This document shows, in pieces, positions 27,831 through 41,300 of a stretch of DNA of 64,000 nucleotides. The notes under the pieces were generated by a model. The model was not told the origin of the DNA, searched no databases, and saw only the letters and a list, made by a program, of their open reading frames with translations. The position numbers and the translations under genes were made by a program. The stretch is from the human T2T-CHM13v2.0 reference genome, Homo sapiens, in the NCBI RefSeq assembly GCF_009914755.1, contig NC_060926.1; one strand, given 5' to 3'. Every line of letters begins with the position of its first letter. Position 1 is the first letter of the stretch.

Positions 27831-29509
27831 TTCAACAGTCATGACATGGTACAGAAACATGGGCATGGTACCAAAGGAACTGAGATGGGGCCCACTGCTC
27901 TTTGGGGAGTATTAGATCAAAACACTCTGTTCTCAAACCAACTACAAATAGTCTTGGTACAACAGAAAAGTTTTGCTCTTTAGGATCCTCAGTGGTCCCC
28001 AACTCTATAATGACTACCTGAAACTACCATACTCCTCTCCCAGTTCCAAGTGTGTCTATCAGGGAGGGGGGATATGAAGGGCAGGCACTACCTCAAGAGT
28101 TAATCTCCCACCAAGCTGTCTCCAGCAGCAGAGATCTGCCTTCAGCTCACTGAAATTCCAAACGAGAGGATGGTAAGTTCACCTCATTACCCAGGGAGGG
28201 AAACGTGGAGGCTCTCAACCTTCAGTGGCTTCATAGAAAGACACTTGGGAAGCTTCTGGAAGCAGACTTAGAGAGCTGGAGGCCAAGTCACTGATGCATC
28301 CTGAGCTGATGGGTGGACCTTGTTGCATATGGGTAAACTGCCTGGCTTGCTGGTAAGAGGAGCAGCCCTGAGACTGAGCACAGAAGGAGGGAGTCCTGCC
28401 TGCTGGGAGTCAGGAATTCAGGAACCAGTGACAGGCATCTCAGGCTTGAACCAGGGGGATGCTCGAAATAAAGTTGTATTCATTGTTCCAACTACGCACA
28501 GAGGGTCTTTGCTAGGCTTCTGGATCCTCTTTCTCAGTCCTTCAGGCATTATCTGCTAATCTTTAGGTAAAGAATTCTAAATGAGCATTCATTTCCTCCT
28601 ACATGAAGCCACAATAGCCCATGGATTTCTATTTTTCAAGTCCATTGGACACACTAGTGAGTTTTAATGTCCAAGTCTTACACAGTCCACAAAGGACAAA
28701 GCTTCCAAGATTCGTTTAAGGCCAGAACAGGGAGAAGTTTGAGTTGGAGAAGAACCTGCTTATACCTAGCTTTTAAGCAACTAACTTTCCACATTCTTTG
28801 CAATGAAATGTCAGCCTTTCTTTCAGATAGTTGGTATATGGGTAGATTTGCTTAGAGATGCTATCTTATATACTTCTATTTTTTGTCCCTTAAGAAGCTG
28901 AAAGAGGAAGAAAGTCTCTTCTACTGACCCTAGGAATCTCTCCAGAAATATTTTGGCAGATTCTTTTACTCAAAGGCTGTCCATTGATTTTTAAGACAAA
29001 CAAAGCAACAAACAAAAAGCAAAACCTAGTTTTGTTAACATTCAACAATCCTAAATCTTCAATCCCAGGAGTAGCCTCCATTTATTTTTCTTGCACTGGT
29101 TTATGATTTTTCTATTTTCACTGTGTCTTATGAAAATAAAACATGTTAGAGTTTTAACAAGACATCAGTTTCCAGTAGATAATATTGGCATGAAGTTAAC
29201 CTTTACATTTATTTGTATTTTTTCCTGGTATGTTCAATATTTCTTATAGCACCAGATGGGTTGCATTTATCACCTATTCTAGCCTTTGCCCTGACTGATT
29301 TTTTTTATTTCATAATCAGCAAGCTCTGCAAAAACAAACAAAAAAGAACTGTCAAGTTATAAAAGTTGTTTTATTCAAGACTATTTTAATTTAGTTAAGT
29401 ATTTTTCTTTCCAGTTTTCTCAGATGTTCTCATATGAGATGATAGGAAAGGACTAAATGATGCACAACTTTACATTTGTGGAATACATACCACGTGTAAG
29501 GCACTGCTT

Positions 29510-29980
29510 TCAATTGCAGTCATAGAAAACTTAGCTCTGAATAATAGCATGAACAATAAAGAAGGTTTACTACCTCACATCACAGAAGTCCCAAAGTAGG
29601 ATCATTCCTAGTTGGCTAATTCAGTGACTCAGTGCCATCAAAGCCACCATCCCATTTTGCCATCCTGGGGCTCCGCTTGCAGTCACAATATAGCTGTCAT
29701 TCTCAAGATGATAATGCTCAGTAGAAGAGGCTGACTCTTCCACTGGGTCTCTTTCTATGAATGAGGAAACCTCTCCAAGAATGTCCCAAGCAGATGTTTC
29801 CTCATATCATATCAGCCACAATTCCCTCCAAGCCTCAACTCACCACCGACAAAGGAATTGGACTAGCTAATTCCCTTGGAGATGTTCCTGGCTGCACAAA
29901 GCTGAGCTAAACCAGAAGGAAGAGTTAAACCAGAAGGAAGGGACATGGATGCGAGTGAACGTTCAGAAGGGATTGCTACA
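29510..29980 (-). mobile_element. MLT1K/L-like LTR inserted within a MIR (MIR parts ~29465-29510 and 29985-30130)
   Basis: ttgcagtcatagaaaac...tgaggaaacctctccaagaa...; the MIR resumes at ccccacaacaaccttatgaggta. Confidence 0.6.
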
Positions 29981-30279
29981 TATAATTCATTTCACTTAGT
30001 CCCCACAACAACCTTATGAGGTAACCACTATTATCCCCATTTGATAGAGGGGAAACTGAAGCCTAGGAATTTTAAATCCTTTGCATGATTATCCACACAT
30101 AAATATAACAGGACCAAGTTTCAAGAATTGTCTTCCTAATGAATTCAAACTCGATTGGAGCCATTTCACATTCTTACTTAGAGGTTACAGTGCTTCTCTG
30201 TTTTAATAATTAAGTCAAAATTAGAAAGCTGAAGGCACAGAAACCACAGAGCTTAAGAATTGGGAAGGACCTTTGATGT

Positions 30280-30835
30280 CTCACCCAATACAACATTTAA
30301 ACAAGTGGTTACTGAGCGTCCACCTTGTGAAGCACCAAATTGGAATTTGTTGAACCTGCCAAGACAAGCAAGATGTGGTCCCTGTGCCCAGGGCTCACCA
30401 ACTAGTAGGCAGAATGAGAAAGCTATATAAGTAATAATACAACATGGAAGAATATATTAAGTCCTAAGAGAGGTACCCAAAAGCACTAGGGCAGGGAGCA
30501 GTGTTCAGAAAAAAAGGAATGCTAACCATAAAAGGTTGTCATGGAAAAGGTAGGATTTGGCAAGGTGCCTTAGAGGTAACATTTCAACAAACAAAGAGGG
30601 GTGGAAGGGAAGTGGACCCCAGGATGGGAACCCCATGCAGGAACAGCCGTATGGACAAAATATCAGGAAGTTAAATTTGATTTCAGTGCAGAAGACAAAT
30701 CACCTTGGAAAGCAAGGCTTGAGCGGTTGATTTTAAACACATTGGAAACTGAGGGAGAAATTTGAGGTTTTTGATGAGGTGTGGCATGATCGAAATTGCC
30801 TTTTATAAAGGTTAGTCTGGCAACACTGTATGTAG
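30280..30835 (-). mobile_element. L2 fragment
   Basis: gtggtccctgtgcccagggctcac...gaggtgtggcatgatcgaaattg...aaaggttagtctggc. Confidence 0.6.
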
Positions 30836-30844
30836 TAGGGTGTT

Positions 30845-31392
30845 CTGTGCATCTCCTGTGATGTTTAGGCTGCAAAGAACGGAAAACCCAACTCAGTATG
30901 ACTTGACCAACAAAGGCATTTACTAACTCATTCAAAAGATGGTTGAGAAGTTGAGGTGTCCCAGTGTTGGTTCTTTCAGTAGCAGCCTTCCATCTTTCTG
31001 CTCTGCCATTCTCAGAATGTCAGCATTCTACTCAGTGTAGCTCCCTCTAAGAAAGGGGCTGCCTCAGTTCCCAGATCTGGCAATCATATGTAACGATATC
31101 CAGAGGAAGAAGAAAAGATCTCTTCCTGCTATCTCTCTCAGGAATGAGGGAATCATTCACGGAAGCTTCCAGGAGACTTCCCCTTACAACTCACTGGCCA
31201 GAGTTGAGTCAGATGTCCTGGCCTAAACCAATCATGGATAAAGAGAATGGGACCACCACAACTGGCTTCACCTGATTTTTATTTACACCTGAGAAATTGG
31301 GAGGAAGGCTGGACTCCCCAACAAAAGTAGAATTCTGCAAATAAGGAAGAAGGAAGAAACAGGTGCTGAGGAGTCAATAAATGGGGCCTACA
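30845..31392 (-). mobile_element. MLT1K-like LTR
   Basis: ggctgcaaagaacggaaaacccaactca...tcactggccagagttgagtcagatgtcc...taaaccaatca...aaataaggaagaagg. Confidence 0.7.
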
Positions 31393-32063
31393 TATGTTCC
31401 ATGAGGGAGGAATTTGAAGCAAAAACATGACCCAGAAGGAAATGGCATCATTCTAGCTAAGAAATAATGGCTACCTAACTGAGGTCACTTTTACAGAAAT
31501 GGAAAGGGAAATTTTTCTTATATGACATAGGATTCCTGGGTTCATTATATTCTCTGCTTGATTATCTTTAATGATGAAGGGCTCTCAACTTCCTGATGCT
31601 ACCATATGCTATTATTTAACAGCCTTTGGTATTGAGCCAAAAGCCCTGGCTCTTTTCCACAGGAAATATTTCCAAGCCACGAATTCCCCATTTTGTATTT
31701 ATCCAACTGAGTTTTTCATCTTAAATGGTCTCTACTTGTATCCCCTTAAAATGTAGTTTTGTTGGTTTTATAGTACAATATTCCAGCCTGATCTTTCAAC
31801 AACATTGATTAGCTCTGTTGTGTATCGGTACTAGGCACTAGGTCCTAGGCACTGACAATAGGTAAAGAAGAAGCTCACAGACTAGTGGGGTGGTGAACAC
31901 ATGGACAAGCAGTTACAAACCTCGTGTGACGATGCTGTGGCATCAAGTAGGGTTAACCAACGTGTGGACTCCAGACCACCTACCTGAGAATCTGATTGGC
32001 ACTCATTAAAAGCACATGTTCCTGACCTCCCCAAAGCCCACCAGGAGTGGAAACCACCAGCAC

Positions 32064-32392
32064 TGTATTAGTCCATTTTCATACTGCTATGAAGAAATAC
32101 CTGAGACTCGGTAATTTATAAAGGAAAGAGGTTTAATTGACTCACACTTCCACATGGCTGGGGAGGCCTCAGGAAACTTACAATTATGGCAGAAGGGGAA
32201 GCAAATATGTCCTTCTTCACATGGCAGCAGGAGAGAGAAGTGCTGAGTGAAGGGGGAAAAGCCCCTCATAAAGCCATCAGATCTCATGGCTCATCACCTC
32301 TCACAAGGTCCCTCCCCCAACACGTGGAGATTATAATTCAGATTACAATTCAAGATGAGATTTGGATGGGGACACAGAGCCAGACCATATTA
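32064..32392 (-). mobile_element. THE1C/D solo LTR with an internal deletion
   Basis: tgtattagtccattttcatactgct...cagaccatatta; perfect 5-bp TSD agcac at 32059-32063 and 32393-32397. Confidence 0.92.
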
Positions 32393-33019
32393 AGCACTTA
32401 AAACAGCATTCTGGTTGATTCTTACGCATGTTATGTTGGCTACCTATCAAGAGATGGAGCGGAGAGACACAAACATGGATATAAAGCTCTGGGACCTTTG
32501 AATAGTGAATCTGTCCTCCAACCCATGACTCATCTTTCCTGGCCTACGGCATTTGCAAAGAGGATAAACAAACTTCCAGAGCTTCTCTCAAGTCCCTGAT
32601 GAGAGTGTTGATGAGAAAAAACAGGCAGTGAGACTCCTTAGGACTTCACAGAATCAGAAATCAGCACTCTCAGGTGGAGCTGTCCCACCAGCAGTGAATT
32701 CACTGCACTGTCCTGGATTCAGACTATATTTCAACCTTTTTTTTTTTTTCAAAAGGAGTCATGGGAAACAGTGTCTAATATCTTGCTAAAGCCAAGATTG
32801 ATGACATCCATGACATGCCACTGCTCTTTGTGCCTCAGACACCCTGCTTCAGTTCCATGGAAAAGAGCCTTCTTCCTGACCCACCTGGTTGAGTAGAGAC
32901 TTTGACTAACACCGGAAAACTAATCTCTGCAGCCTTAACATTGGAGGTTGCGCTGGGAAGACCAAAAGCAGGAATTTGGCCTAGTAAATTACCTACTGTT
33001 TGAACTAAAGAGAAACAAC

Positions 33020-33400
33020 ATTGTTACTCACCTAGCCCATCACAATCTGTCACCTGGACAAGCACAACAAGCTCCTAACAGGTCTCTGCTTATATTGTCA
33101 TCCTTGTAGTAAACTCTTCATCCAGCAGTCAGAGAGAGCCCTGTGCCAACCAATGACTTTCCATTGTAAGCATAAAAAAGCCAACCCTCTTGAGAAAGAC
33201 TTCAAGGTTTATGTGGCCCCTGACCATGCTCTGACCTCATTTCCAGCTACTCTTCCCCTCAGTCACTATGCTCTAGCCACACTGACCTTCTCTCTGCACT
33301 TTAATTTCAGGGACGTTGTGCTTATCAGTTGCTGTGCTCAAAAGCTCAGGACATTCTCCCTCCAGATCTTTCCATGGCTATCTTCTTCTCAGCACTCAAG
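33020..33400 (+). mobile_element. L2 fragment
   Basis: cacctggac...ctcctaacaggtct...cagcagtcagag...ctatgctctagccacactgaccttc. Confidence 0.65.
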
Positions 33401-33511
33401 GCCTTGATCCTGGACTTCCCAGGCTCTAGAACTATGACAAATAAATCCCTATTGTTTAAAAGCTACCCAGGTTATGATATTTTGTTACAGTATCCCAAGC
33501 ACACTAATACA
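33400..33511 (+). mobile_element. MLT1 LTR 3' fragment
   Basis: ccttgatcctggacttcccaggctctagaactatga...ttgttacag...actaataca. Confidence 0.7.
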
Positions 33512-34210
33512 GGAATATTACTCAGCCTTAAAAAAGAAGCAAATTCTGACACATGCCACAGTGTACCTTGGATGGACGATCCTTGACAATATTGTGCTAA
33601 GTAAAATCAATTAGACACAAACAGATACCACATGAGTCCACTCATATGAGGTACATATTATTGCCAGACTTGGGAGAGTAGTCAAATTTATAGAAACAGA
33701 AAGTAGGGGCTTGAGGAGGAAGAATGGGAGTTGTTTAATGAGTACAGAGTTTTAGTTTGGGATGATGGGAAATTGTGGAGATAGATAGTGGTAATAAATA
33801 ATTGTATAACAATGGCCAGGCATGGTGGCTCATGCCTGTAATCCCAGCACTTTGGGAGGCCTAGGCAGGCGGATCACCTGAGGTCAGGAGTTCGAGACCA
33901 GCCTGGCCAAGATGGTGAAATCCCATCTCTACTAAAAATACAAAAATTAGCCGGGCATGGTGGCGGGCACCTATAATCCCAGCTACTCAGGAGGCTGAGG
34001 TAGAGAATTGCTTGAACCTGGGAGGCGGAGGTTGCAGTGAGCCAAAATCGTGCTGCTGCACTCCAGCCTGGGCGACAGAGAAAAAAAATGATAATAATAA
34101 TACTTATACAACAATGTGAATTTACTTACTGCCACTGAATTGTACACTCAAAAAGGGATAAAATGGTAAATTTTATGTTACGCATATTTTACCACAATAA
34201 AAAATTTGGA
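33512..34210 (+). mobile_element. L1MB 3'UTR, split by an Alu
   Basis: ggaatattactcagccttaaaaaaga...tttaatgagtacagagttttagtttggg...gccactgaattgtacact...atattttaccacaataa. Confidence 0.85.
33814..34100 (+). mobile_element. AluSx-like
   Basis: Full dimer; tail degraded to (AAT)n. Confidence 0.95.
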
Positions 34211-35082
34211 AAAGAAAAAGAAACCTTGTATTTGCTTCCTTCCCTAGCCTATCTCACTTCCCAAGTGAATTTTTGTGCACAAATCTGGCACTGGTGCCTG
34301 CTTTGTGGGGAAGCCAACCTAAGACAAGGCTCAAGATAAATGGCAGAGCTGGTACACAAACCCAACCTTCAAACCCAGTCTTTAGGCATCAAGTAGCATG
34401 CTGTTTAAGCTGCATGAAGCTGTCTTCTGTGCAGCATCGATAAAATAAGTTTCATCAGCTTAGTAGTCACCATTCTGAGACTTTGCCTTGGCAGCACTTG
34501 TTTCTTTGCAGTTCCCTTAGCCAATTGCAAAATAAAATTTCTTGATCACAAGAAACTGTAGCCTTTGGTTCAGCTCCTCTTAGCCTATCCCCTTCTCAGC
34601 CCTCTGCAACTTGCCTTTCTTCTCTACGTTGAAATAACCACTTGTACTGAGTAGTGTCTGCTCCATATAAAAATAAAGGTAAATTAAAAAGCTCAGTGTA
34701 ATTTCTGCAATTCAGGCCGGACTTTAGTCCAGGCTGTGTCTCAGTACTGATCAAATCAATCTGCTAACAATTGTGCCTCCTTTAACTCGGGGCGTTGTGG
34801 TCACAGCCACTGATGCAATACAATTCCATTTAATTTAAGAAATTTAAGGGCTGAGATGTGGCATTAGGAAACAGGGTATTGTTCCACCATTTTCAAGACT
34901 CTACTACTGCATTTATCATAATATTATGATTATTGGCTACTGTTATAATGACCAATTGTAACCAGTGGGTTACATTGTTACCCACTACCTTTGAATTCGT
35001 TGAAGACAGGGATGGTCTTTTACTCCTAGCACCAGGTGAACAGAGTAGATGAGCAGTTCTGCTTGGTGAATGAACATTCTAG

Positions 35083-35530
<448 letters not shown>

Positions 35531-35614
35531 CATTTCCTCCTATTTCTGAAGAAGAGTGTGAACCTTGTAGTCTTAGAGACCTGGGATCTAATCCTAGCTC
35601 TGTTATTTATTATT

Positions 35615-35785
35615 CAGGCCAACACTTCTCAGACTTCACATGAATCAGCTGGGGGTCTTGTTTAAACCAATTTTGATTTAGTAGGTCTGCAGTGGAGCCC
35701 GAGACTTTGCATTTCTAAAAGGCTCCCAGGTGCTGCTGACGCTGATGGTCCGTGGACCACACTTTGCATAGCAAGTCTCAAGGGC
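35615..35785. mobile_element. MER5A
   Basis: gtaggtctgcagtggagcccgagactttgcatttctaaaaggctcccaggtgctgctgacgctgatggtccgtggaccacacttt. Confidence 0.85.
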
Positions 35786-35869
35786 CTAAGTGATCTTGAT
35801 GATCTTGATGATGAACTGTCTGAGCCCATTTCCTCCACTGGGGAAAAACAGGAGGGTACAGAATAGGAG

Positions 35870-36380
35870 TTCAGGTTTGCATTTGGCTCCACATAATAGG
35901 AACCAGACAAACGATGGTAAACAAGTTTGAGGTTCATTTTTCTCACTTCAGAAGGGGTCCAGGGACGGAGAGGTCAGGGCTGGTGCTGCTGTTCAAAGAT
36001 TCAGGCCCCTTGACTCTTCCTGCTCTACTATCCGTAGCAAGTGGAGATTTATCCTCAAGGCCACCAGATGGCTGCCCCACCTCTAGGCATCTGCATTCTA
36101 GGCAGAAAGAAGGAAGAGCAAAGGAAAAAAAGTAGTGCCAGCTGACTGTATTTAAAAAAAAAAATAGGATGAATAACAATTGACTCCAAAGCCCCACCCT
36201 ATAGACATCTGTGAACAACACATTGGTCAGATCTGGGCCATAGGACACCCCTGGCAGCTCAAGAGTGTGACAAGGTGAGTATTCTAGCTGGGCACATTGC
36301 TACCCTGAGCAAACTTGAGGGGTTATTAGTAAGGAAGCAGGGAGGAAAGGATGTTGGGTCACTTCTAGCAGTGTCTGATA
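35870..36380 (-). mobile_element. MLT1J/K-like LTR
   Basis: agaaggggtccagg...agatggctgcc...cattggtcagatctgggccataggacacccctggc...taaggaagcagggag. Confidence 0.65.
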
Positions 36381-37089
36381 CAAATATCTGTTTGTGCTGT
36401 TGTAATGGCACTCAATGAGGCTTCATGGGCACTATGCCCAGCGTATCACCTGCCACAAGGTCCTGACTGCATCCCCTCCAGGAACTGCTGCATTTAGAAT
36501 TTCTTCTCTCTGGCGTCTTGAAAATCTCCTAATGAGCTGGCTTCTTCCCTTCAGTATTCCCAACTTACTAATCTTTCCAAGCCTGAAACACTTTCTCTTC
36601 CCACCCTCCCCCTGAGCCTGCCTTGCCCCCACTGCTGTCGTGTATACCCCATCACCCATCACCTTGACAACCACCTGCATTCATGAGCTTAAGTGTCCAT
36701 ACTACCCCTAAAACTGCATTCTCAAAATCAGAAATGCCATCCTAATCACTAATTCCAACAGTCTCTTCTCAATGCCTGTCCCACTGAAATTCCGGGAGGT
36801 ATTTTAACATCGTGGCACACACCTCCTTCTTAAAACACCAACTTCTAGTCTCTAGGGCACTTGAGGTTTTGAGTTCCCTTCTTCCTCTCAAAATGCATCT
36901 CTCTCCCCTGGCTTTTTCTGTACCTTTGCCTTAGACATAGGCATTTCTCAGGTTCTCATCTGGACACTGTCCACCCTACATGCTCTTTTCATAATTTCAT
37001 TCATTCCCATGGTCTACAGTAGACCTCTGACCAAATTCCACCCTCACTGTCCTCTCCCTTATTCCTATTCCAGCCTCAGTTTTTAAAAT

Positions 37090-37243
37090 AAAAAGTTTTG
37101 TTGGAACACAGCAACACACAATTCATTTGCATATTACCTGTGGCTGCTTTTGCACTACAGTGGAAGAACTGCTGTAGTGACTCTCTGGCCCACAAAGCCT
37201 AAGATGTTTACTATCTGGTGCTTTGCAGAAAAATCTTGCCAAC
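37090..37243. mobile_element. MER58A fragment
   Basis: gttttgttggaacacagc...tggcccacaaagcctaagatgtttactatctgg...gccaacc. Confidence 0.85.
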
Positions 37244-37253
37244 CTATGCCCTC

Positions 37254-37570
37254 TTTTTTTTTTTTTTTTTTTTTTGAGACAGGATCTCACTCTGCTGCCC
37301 AGGCTGGAGTGCAGTGGTGTGATCACTGCTCACTGCAGCCTTGACCTCCCAGGCTCAAGCAATCCTCCCACCTCAGCCTCCACCCACCTCAGTCTCAGTA
37401 GCTGGGACTACAGGCATGAGCCACTACCCCGGCTAACTTTTTAAAATTTTTTGTAGAGACGAAGTCTCATCATGTTGCCAAGGCTGGTCTCGAACTCCTG
37501 GAATCAAGCGATCCTCCCGCCTCAGCCTCCTGAGCAGCTGGGATTACAGGCGTAAGCTACCATGCCTGGC
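37254..37570 (-). mobile_element. AluJ
   Basis: J-type caatcctcccacctcagcc, with a short internal duplication. Confidence 0.9.
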
Positions 37571-37842
37571 CATCTTAGAATCATAACTAGCAATTTCCAA
37601 ATCCACTAGCTAGCTGGTGTTCATTCATGCATTCCAGACCCAGATTGTAAGGGTCAGCTAGACAATTCAGTGGGGTTTCCACTAGCATCTCCAATCCAAG
37701 TCCCAAACTATCTTCCTCCCCAAATCTGTTTCTGCTCATTTGTCCTGTTTCAATCAATGGCTTCATCCATGACCTACCTGTGGTACAACTGAACATTTGC
37801 AGTCAATTTATGACATCAGGACCATGGAGCTATGAAAGGCCC

Positions 37843-38216
37843 TCATATGGTTTGGCTCTGTGCCCCCACCCAAATCTCATCTTGAATTGAAATTCCCATA
37901 ATCCCCAAGTGTCAAGGGTGGGACCAGGTGGATATAATTGAATCATGGGGGCAATTCTCCCACGCTGTTTTCGTGATAATGAGTGGGTCTCATGAGATCT
38001 GATGGTTTTATAAGTATCTGGCATTTCCCCTCCTTGCACTTCTCTCTCCTGCTGCCATGCAAAAAAGAATGTTTTTGCTTCCCCTTCCACCATGATTATA
38101 AGTTTCCTGAGACCTCCACAGCCATGCAGAACTATAAGTCAATTAAGCCTCTTTTCTTTATAAATTACCCAGTCTCAGGCAGTTGTTATACAGCAGTGTG
38201 AGAACAGACTAATATA
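37843..38216 (+). mobile_element. THE1D solo LTR
   Basis: atatggtttggctctgtgcccccacccaaatctcatcttgaattg...cagcagtgtgagaacagactaatata. Confidence 0.92.
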
Positions 38217-39072
38217 GACTCCCAAGTTCAGAGCTTCAATGATATCAATCATGGACATTGATCTGGCTTTACGTCTAAAAAATCAATATGACATTAGTAA
38301 ATAAAAAAAATCTGCACTCAAATTTTTGAATTCAGCTCCTTTTTCTTTAAAATCTGGCTCTAAATCACAGCCCTGGCATACTTACTGTAGCATGGTGCCT
38401 TATCTCCATGACAATAAAGGAGGAGAAATTTCATAAAGATGAGACTCCATTCTCTCCATCGACCCAAAGAGCAATCAATCCTTCTGTCAATTTAACATGT
38501 AAATGCTACCTTCCTAATTTCTAATTGTGTAAGTAGCTGCAAGACTGAATTATATGTTACTGAAGAAAATATAGGAACCCAAATGTAAACAATAACACAG
38601 TCAAGTTTGTTGTATAATTGAGACTCTTTCTACTTCCCCCAAAGAATAGCCCTCTCAATTTATTACTTCTTAGGTTATTGGAGCAGAATATCAATTATTT
38701 GATCTATTAACTTCTGCAAAAGTATCAAGTAGACATTCCAAGGTCTCACTGGCAATGCTGGGATTCTCCTGTAAAAGTTCTTTGAACTTTGCCAGCGATT
38801 TCAGCAAACAGGATTCAGAAAATTTACAAGCATTGGCAATGACAAAGAGCAACAGTTGCTAGCCCTTTGATATCTGGGTACTTTTAGTCATAAGCAGTCT
38901 AAAATGTTTTTCAGAATTAGCATTAACATATAGTAGAAAATATGATCGTCTTATCGTCTAAGTGAAATTTAATATTGCTGCTTTATCAACTTCAACTTGT
39001 CAAAACCCAGGAATCAATATTACTTGTCTTTGATTCATAACATTTTTTAGGCCCACATGTGGGCCATGCCTT

Positions 39073-39572
39073 TGTGATAGTTAATTTTATGCATCAGCTT
39101 GACTGGGCCAAAGGTGCCCAGAAATTTGGTCAAACATTCGGTGTACATTTGTAAGAGTGTTTTTGAATGAGATTAACATTGGAATTGGTGGACTGAGCAA
39201 AGCAGTCTACCACTCCCTAATGAGGGTGGTGCTCATCCAATCAGTTGAAGGCCTAAAGAATGAAGAGCCTGACCCTCCTGCTAACAACAAGGAACTCCTC
39301 TGCTCAGCTGTCTGCAAGCTAGGGCGGAGGTCTTCTCCTACCTTCAGACTCAAACTCACACTGGAACCTACACCATCAGCTCTCCTGGTTCTCAAGCTTT
39401 TGGACTCAGGCTGAAACTAAACCATTGGCTCTCCTGGGTCTCCAGCTTGCTGACTGTGGGTCTTGGGACTTCTCAACCTCCTTGCCCAAGGGAGCCAATT
39501 TCTTATAGTAAATATTATATATAGACATATGTCCTATTGGTTCCATATATCTGGAGAACCCAGATGAATACA
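39073..39572 (+). mobile_element. MLT2C/D-like solo LTR
   Basis: tgtgatagttaattttatgcatcagcttgactgggcc...ctggagaacccagatgaataca. Confidence 0.88.
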
Positions 39573-39799
39573 AGGTATAAGGAGCACAGACAAACTAATA
39601 CAGTAAATACACAGCTAGACCCAAATTTCCAAGGGTTAAGCTGAGTTGCTGACAGGTGCATTTCTTACCTCAACCCAATCAATTCAAGTGGATGAAAAGT
39701 TCGTTATCATAAACAATAACATAGAATATGCAAAATAAACGTTCACAAAACCAAGCAGAATCATTACTGGTGTGATTACTTCTTTGTATGATGTTAGGA

Positions 39800-40160
39800 A
39801 GTGAAATTGAAAATATTTTTAAAATCTATGAATTCATTGAGAGTTATTATAAAACTCTAAAACAAGAGTAAGTTTAAGTGAGATTGTTATTTATTTTTAA
39901 CAATTCTCATTATTTTCCCTGAACAGAACTTTTTTAAAAATTAAGACTAATTTAATATTATTTAAGAGCAACCATAGTGCAACAACTTCTAAAGGAGTTA
40001 GTGCTGAGCACACAAACTCAAGCAGATTTTTAAAAAGAAGAGGAAGTTAAAGACTTATTGATGATTTTGCTAATGTCAAATCATAGCAAAGCCTATTTAA
40101 AATATTTTTCCAAATATCAACGTTTGTATTATCAACTTAGCATATTATGTTTTGCTTTAG
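39800..40160 (+). mobile_element. Decayed hAT (Tip100-like) transposase C-terminal remnant
   Basis: Manual translation with frameshifts gives LFLTIL...RTF..KLRLI*YYLRATIVQQLLKELVLS...RLIDDFANVKS, resembling the hAT dimerisation domain. Confidence 0.65.
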
Positions 40161-40494
40161 ATGTTAGATTCCAAAGTATTTATGTAAAAAAAATACTTCA
40201 TCAGAAATAATGCTGTCTGGTAGTAATAAAGATGTGTGCCTAAGTATGTATGGCAGAATAAGCTCTTGCTGTCTGGACGGTAATCTGCTCTTGGCCCCTT
40301 TTACTGGCTGAACCACTGCCAAGCACCTCCTTAAGCTACAAGTCTTTGTTGCCCTCCCACCCGTGCCTTTCATCCCTAGTCCTGCCCTATGCCTCCCTCT
40401 CCTTCCAGCAGCTCTCACGCAGCTCACTCTCACTTGGCCCCTGCCAGCCCATACTCCAGCCAGTGGCCCCCGTAGAGGCAGGGAGGGCATTTCT

Positions 40495-41300
40495 TGTCAC
40501 ATGACCTTGGCACAGTTGCACCTCTCAGTCCCTCATAGGTAGAGTAGCAACAATAATAGCTTCTTTGCAGGGCTTTCCTGGGAATTAAATGAGGTAGCTA
40601 GTCAAGGTACCTAGTATGCCCAGCCTGACACATAATAGAGCTTTAATAAGTGTTGGTTTCTCTTCCCTTCACTATTTCTCATGTGGACAATTGCAACCTC
40701 ACCCTAACAGGTTTCTACGTCCCCAGCTCCCTGTTACTCATCCTAACCCCAATCTATCGTCCTTGAGGTAGCCACCATGATCTTGCAAAATATAGACCTG
40801 GTTATAATTTTCTCCTTCTTAAAAACCTTTGGTGAGTCCCCATTGCCTACAGAATAAAATTTGAGGTCCTGAGCAGAACAGGTAAGGAATATCTGCTCTT
40901 CTGGACACAAGAAGCTTTGCCTCTCCCTGTGCTATTCGCATTCACCCATTGGCTCTAGTCTGGGCTTCTCAATTTTTCCCCCTCCACATTTGCTCATGAC
41001 CTTCCTCAACCTGGAATGCCCAGCCTCTATCTCCGTGGCGGATTGCTAAGCCCTGCTCAGGGGCTGTCGTCTTTGGGAGGCCACCCTCTTTCCCTTGAGT
41101 CTAGCATACATAAACTACTCCCTGCCCAACGCATTGTGCAAATCAGCTTTAGGATGCCTACCCTCTCATGCTTGGAGAGTAATTATCCATGAAGAGTTCC
41201 TCCCTGACTGCACTGGAGGCCCATCGAGAACAGGACTCTGCTTCCTACATCTCTGTTTGCTCAGCACCTGGCTCAGAATAAGGGCCACCAATGAGCGACA
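40495..41300 (+). mobile_element. MIR (to ~40655) followed by an L2 3' portion
   Basis: tgaccttggcacagtt...ggaattaaatgagg; L2 cccattgcctacagaataaaat...cctggaatgccc...agcacctggctcagaataagg. Confidence 0.7.

Larger units (their letters stand above)
36650..37820 (+). mobile_element. L2 fragments interrupted by MER58 and an Alu
   Basis: tcattcattcccatggt...cagctagacaatt...ttcaatcaatggcttcatccat pattern. Confidence 0.5.

Noticed and set aside
28165-28180. Consensus donor ATG/GTAAGT
   Set aside because: No convincing upstream acceptor or reading frame; isolated donors are common by chance
29904-29939. 18-bp tandem duplication gag(c/t)taaaccagaaggaa
   Set aside because: Ordinary slippage within an old LTR
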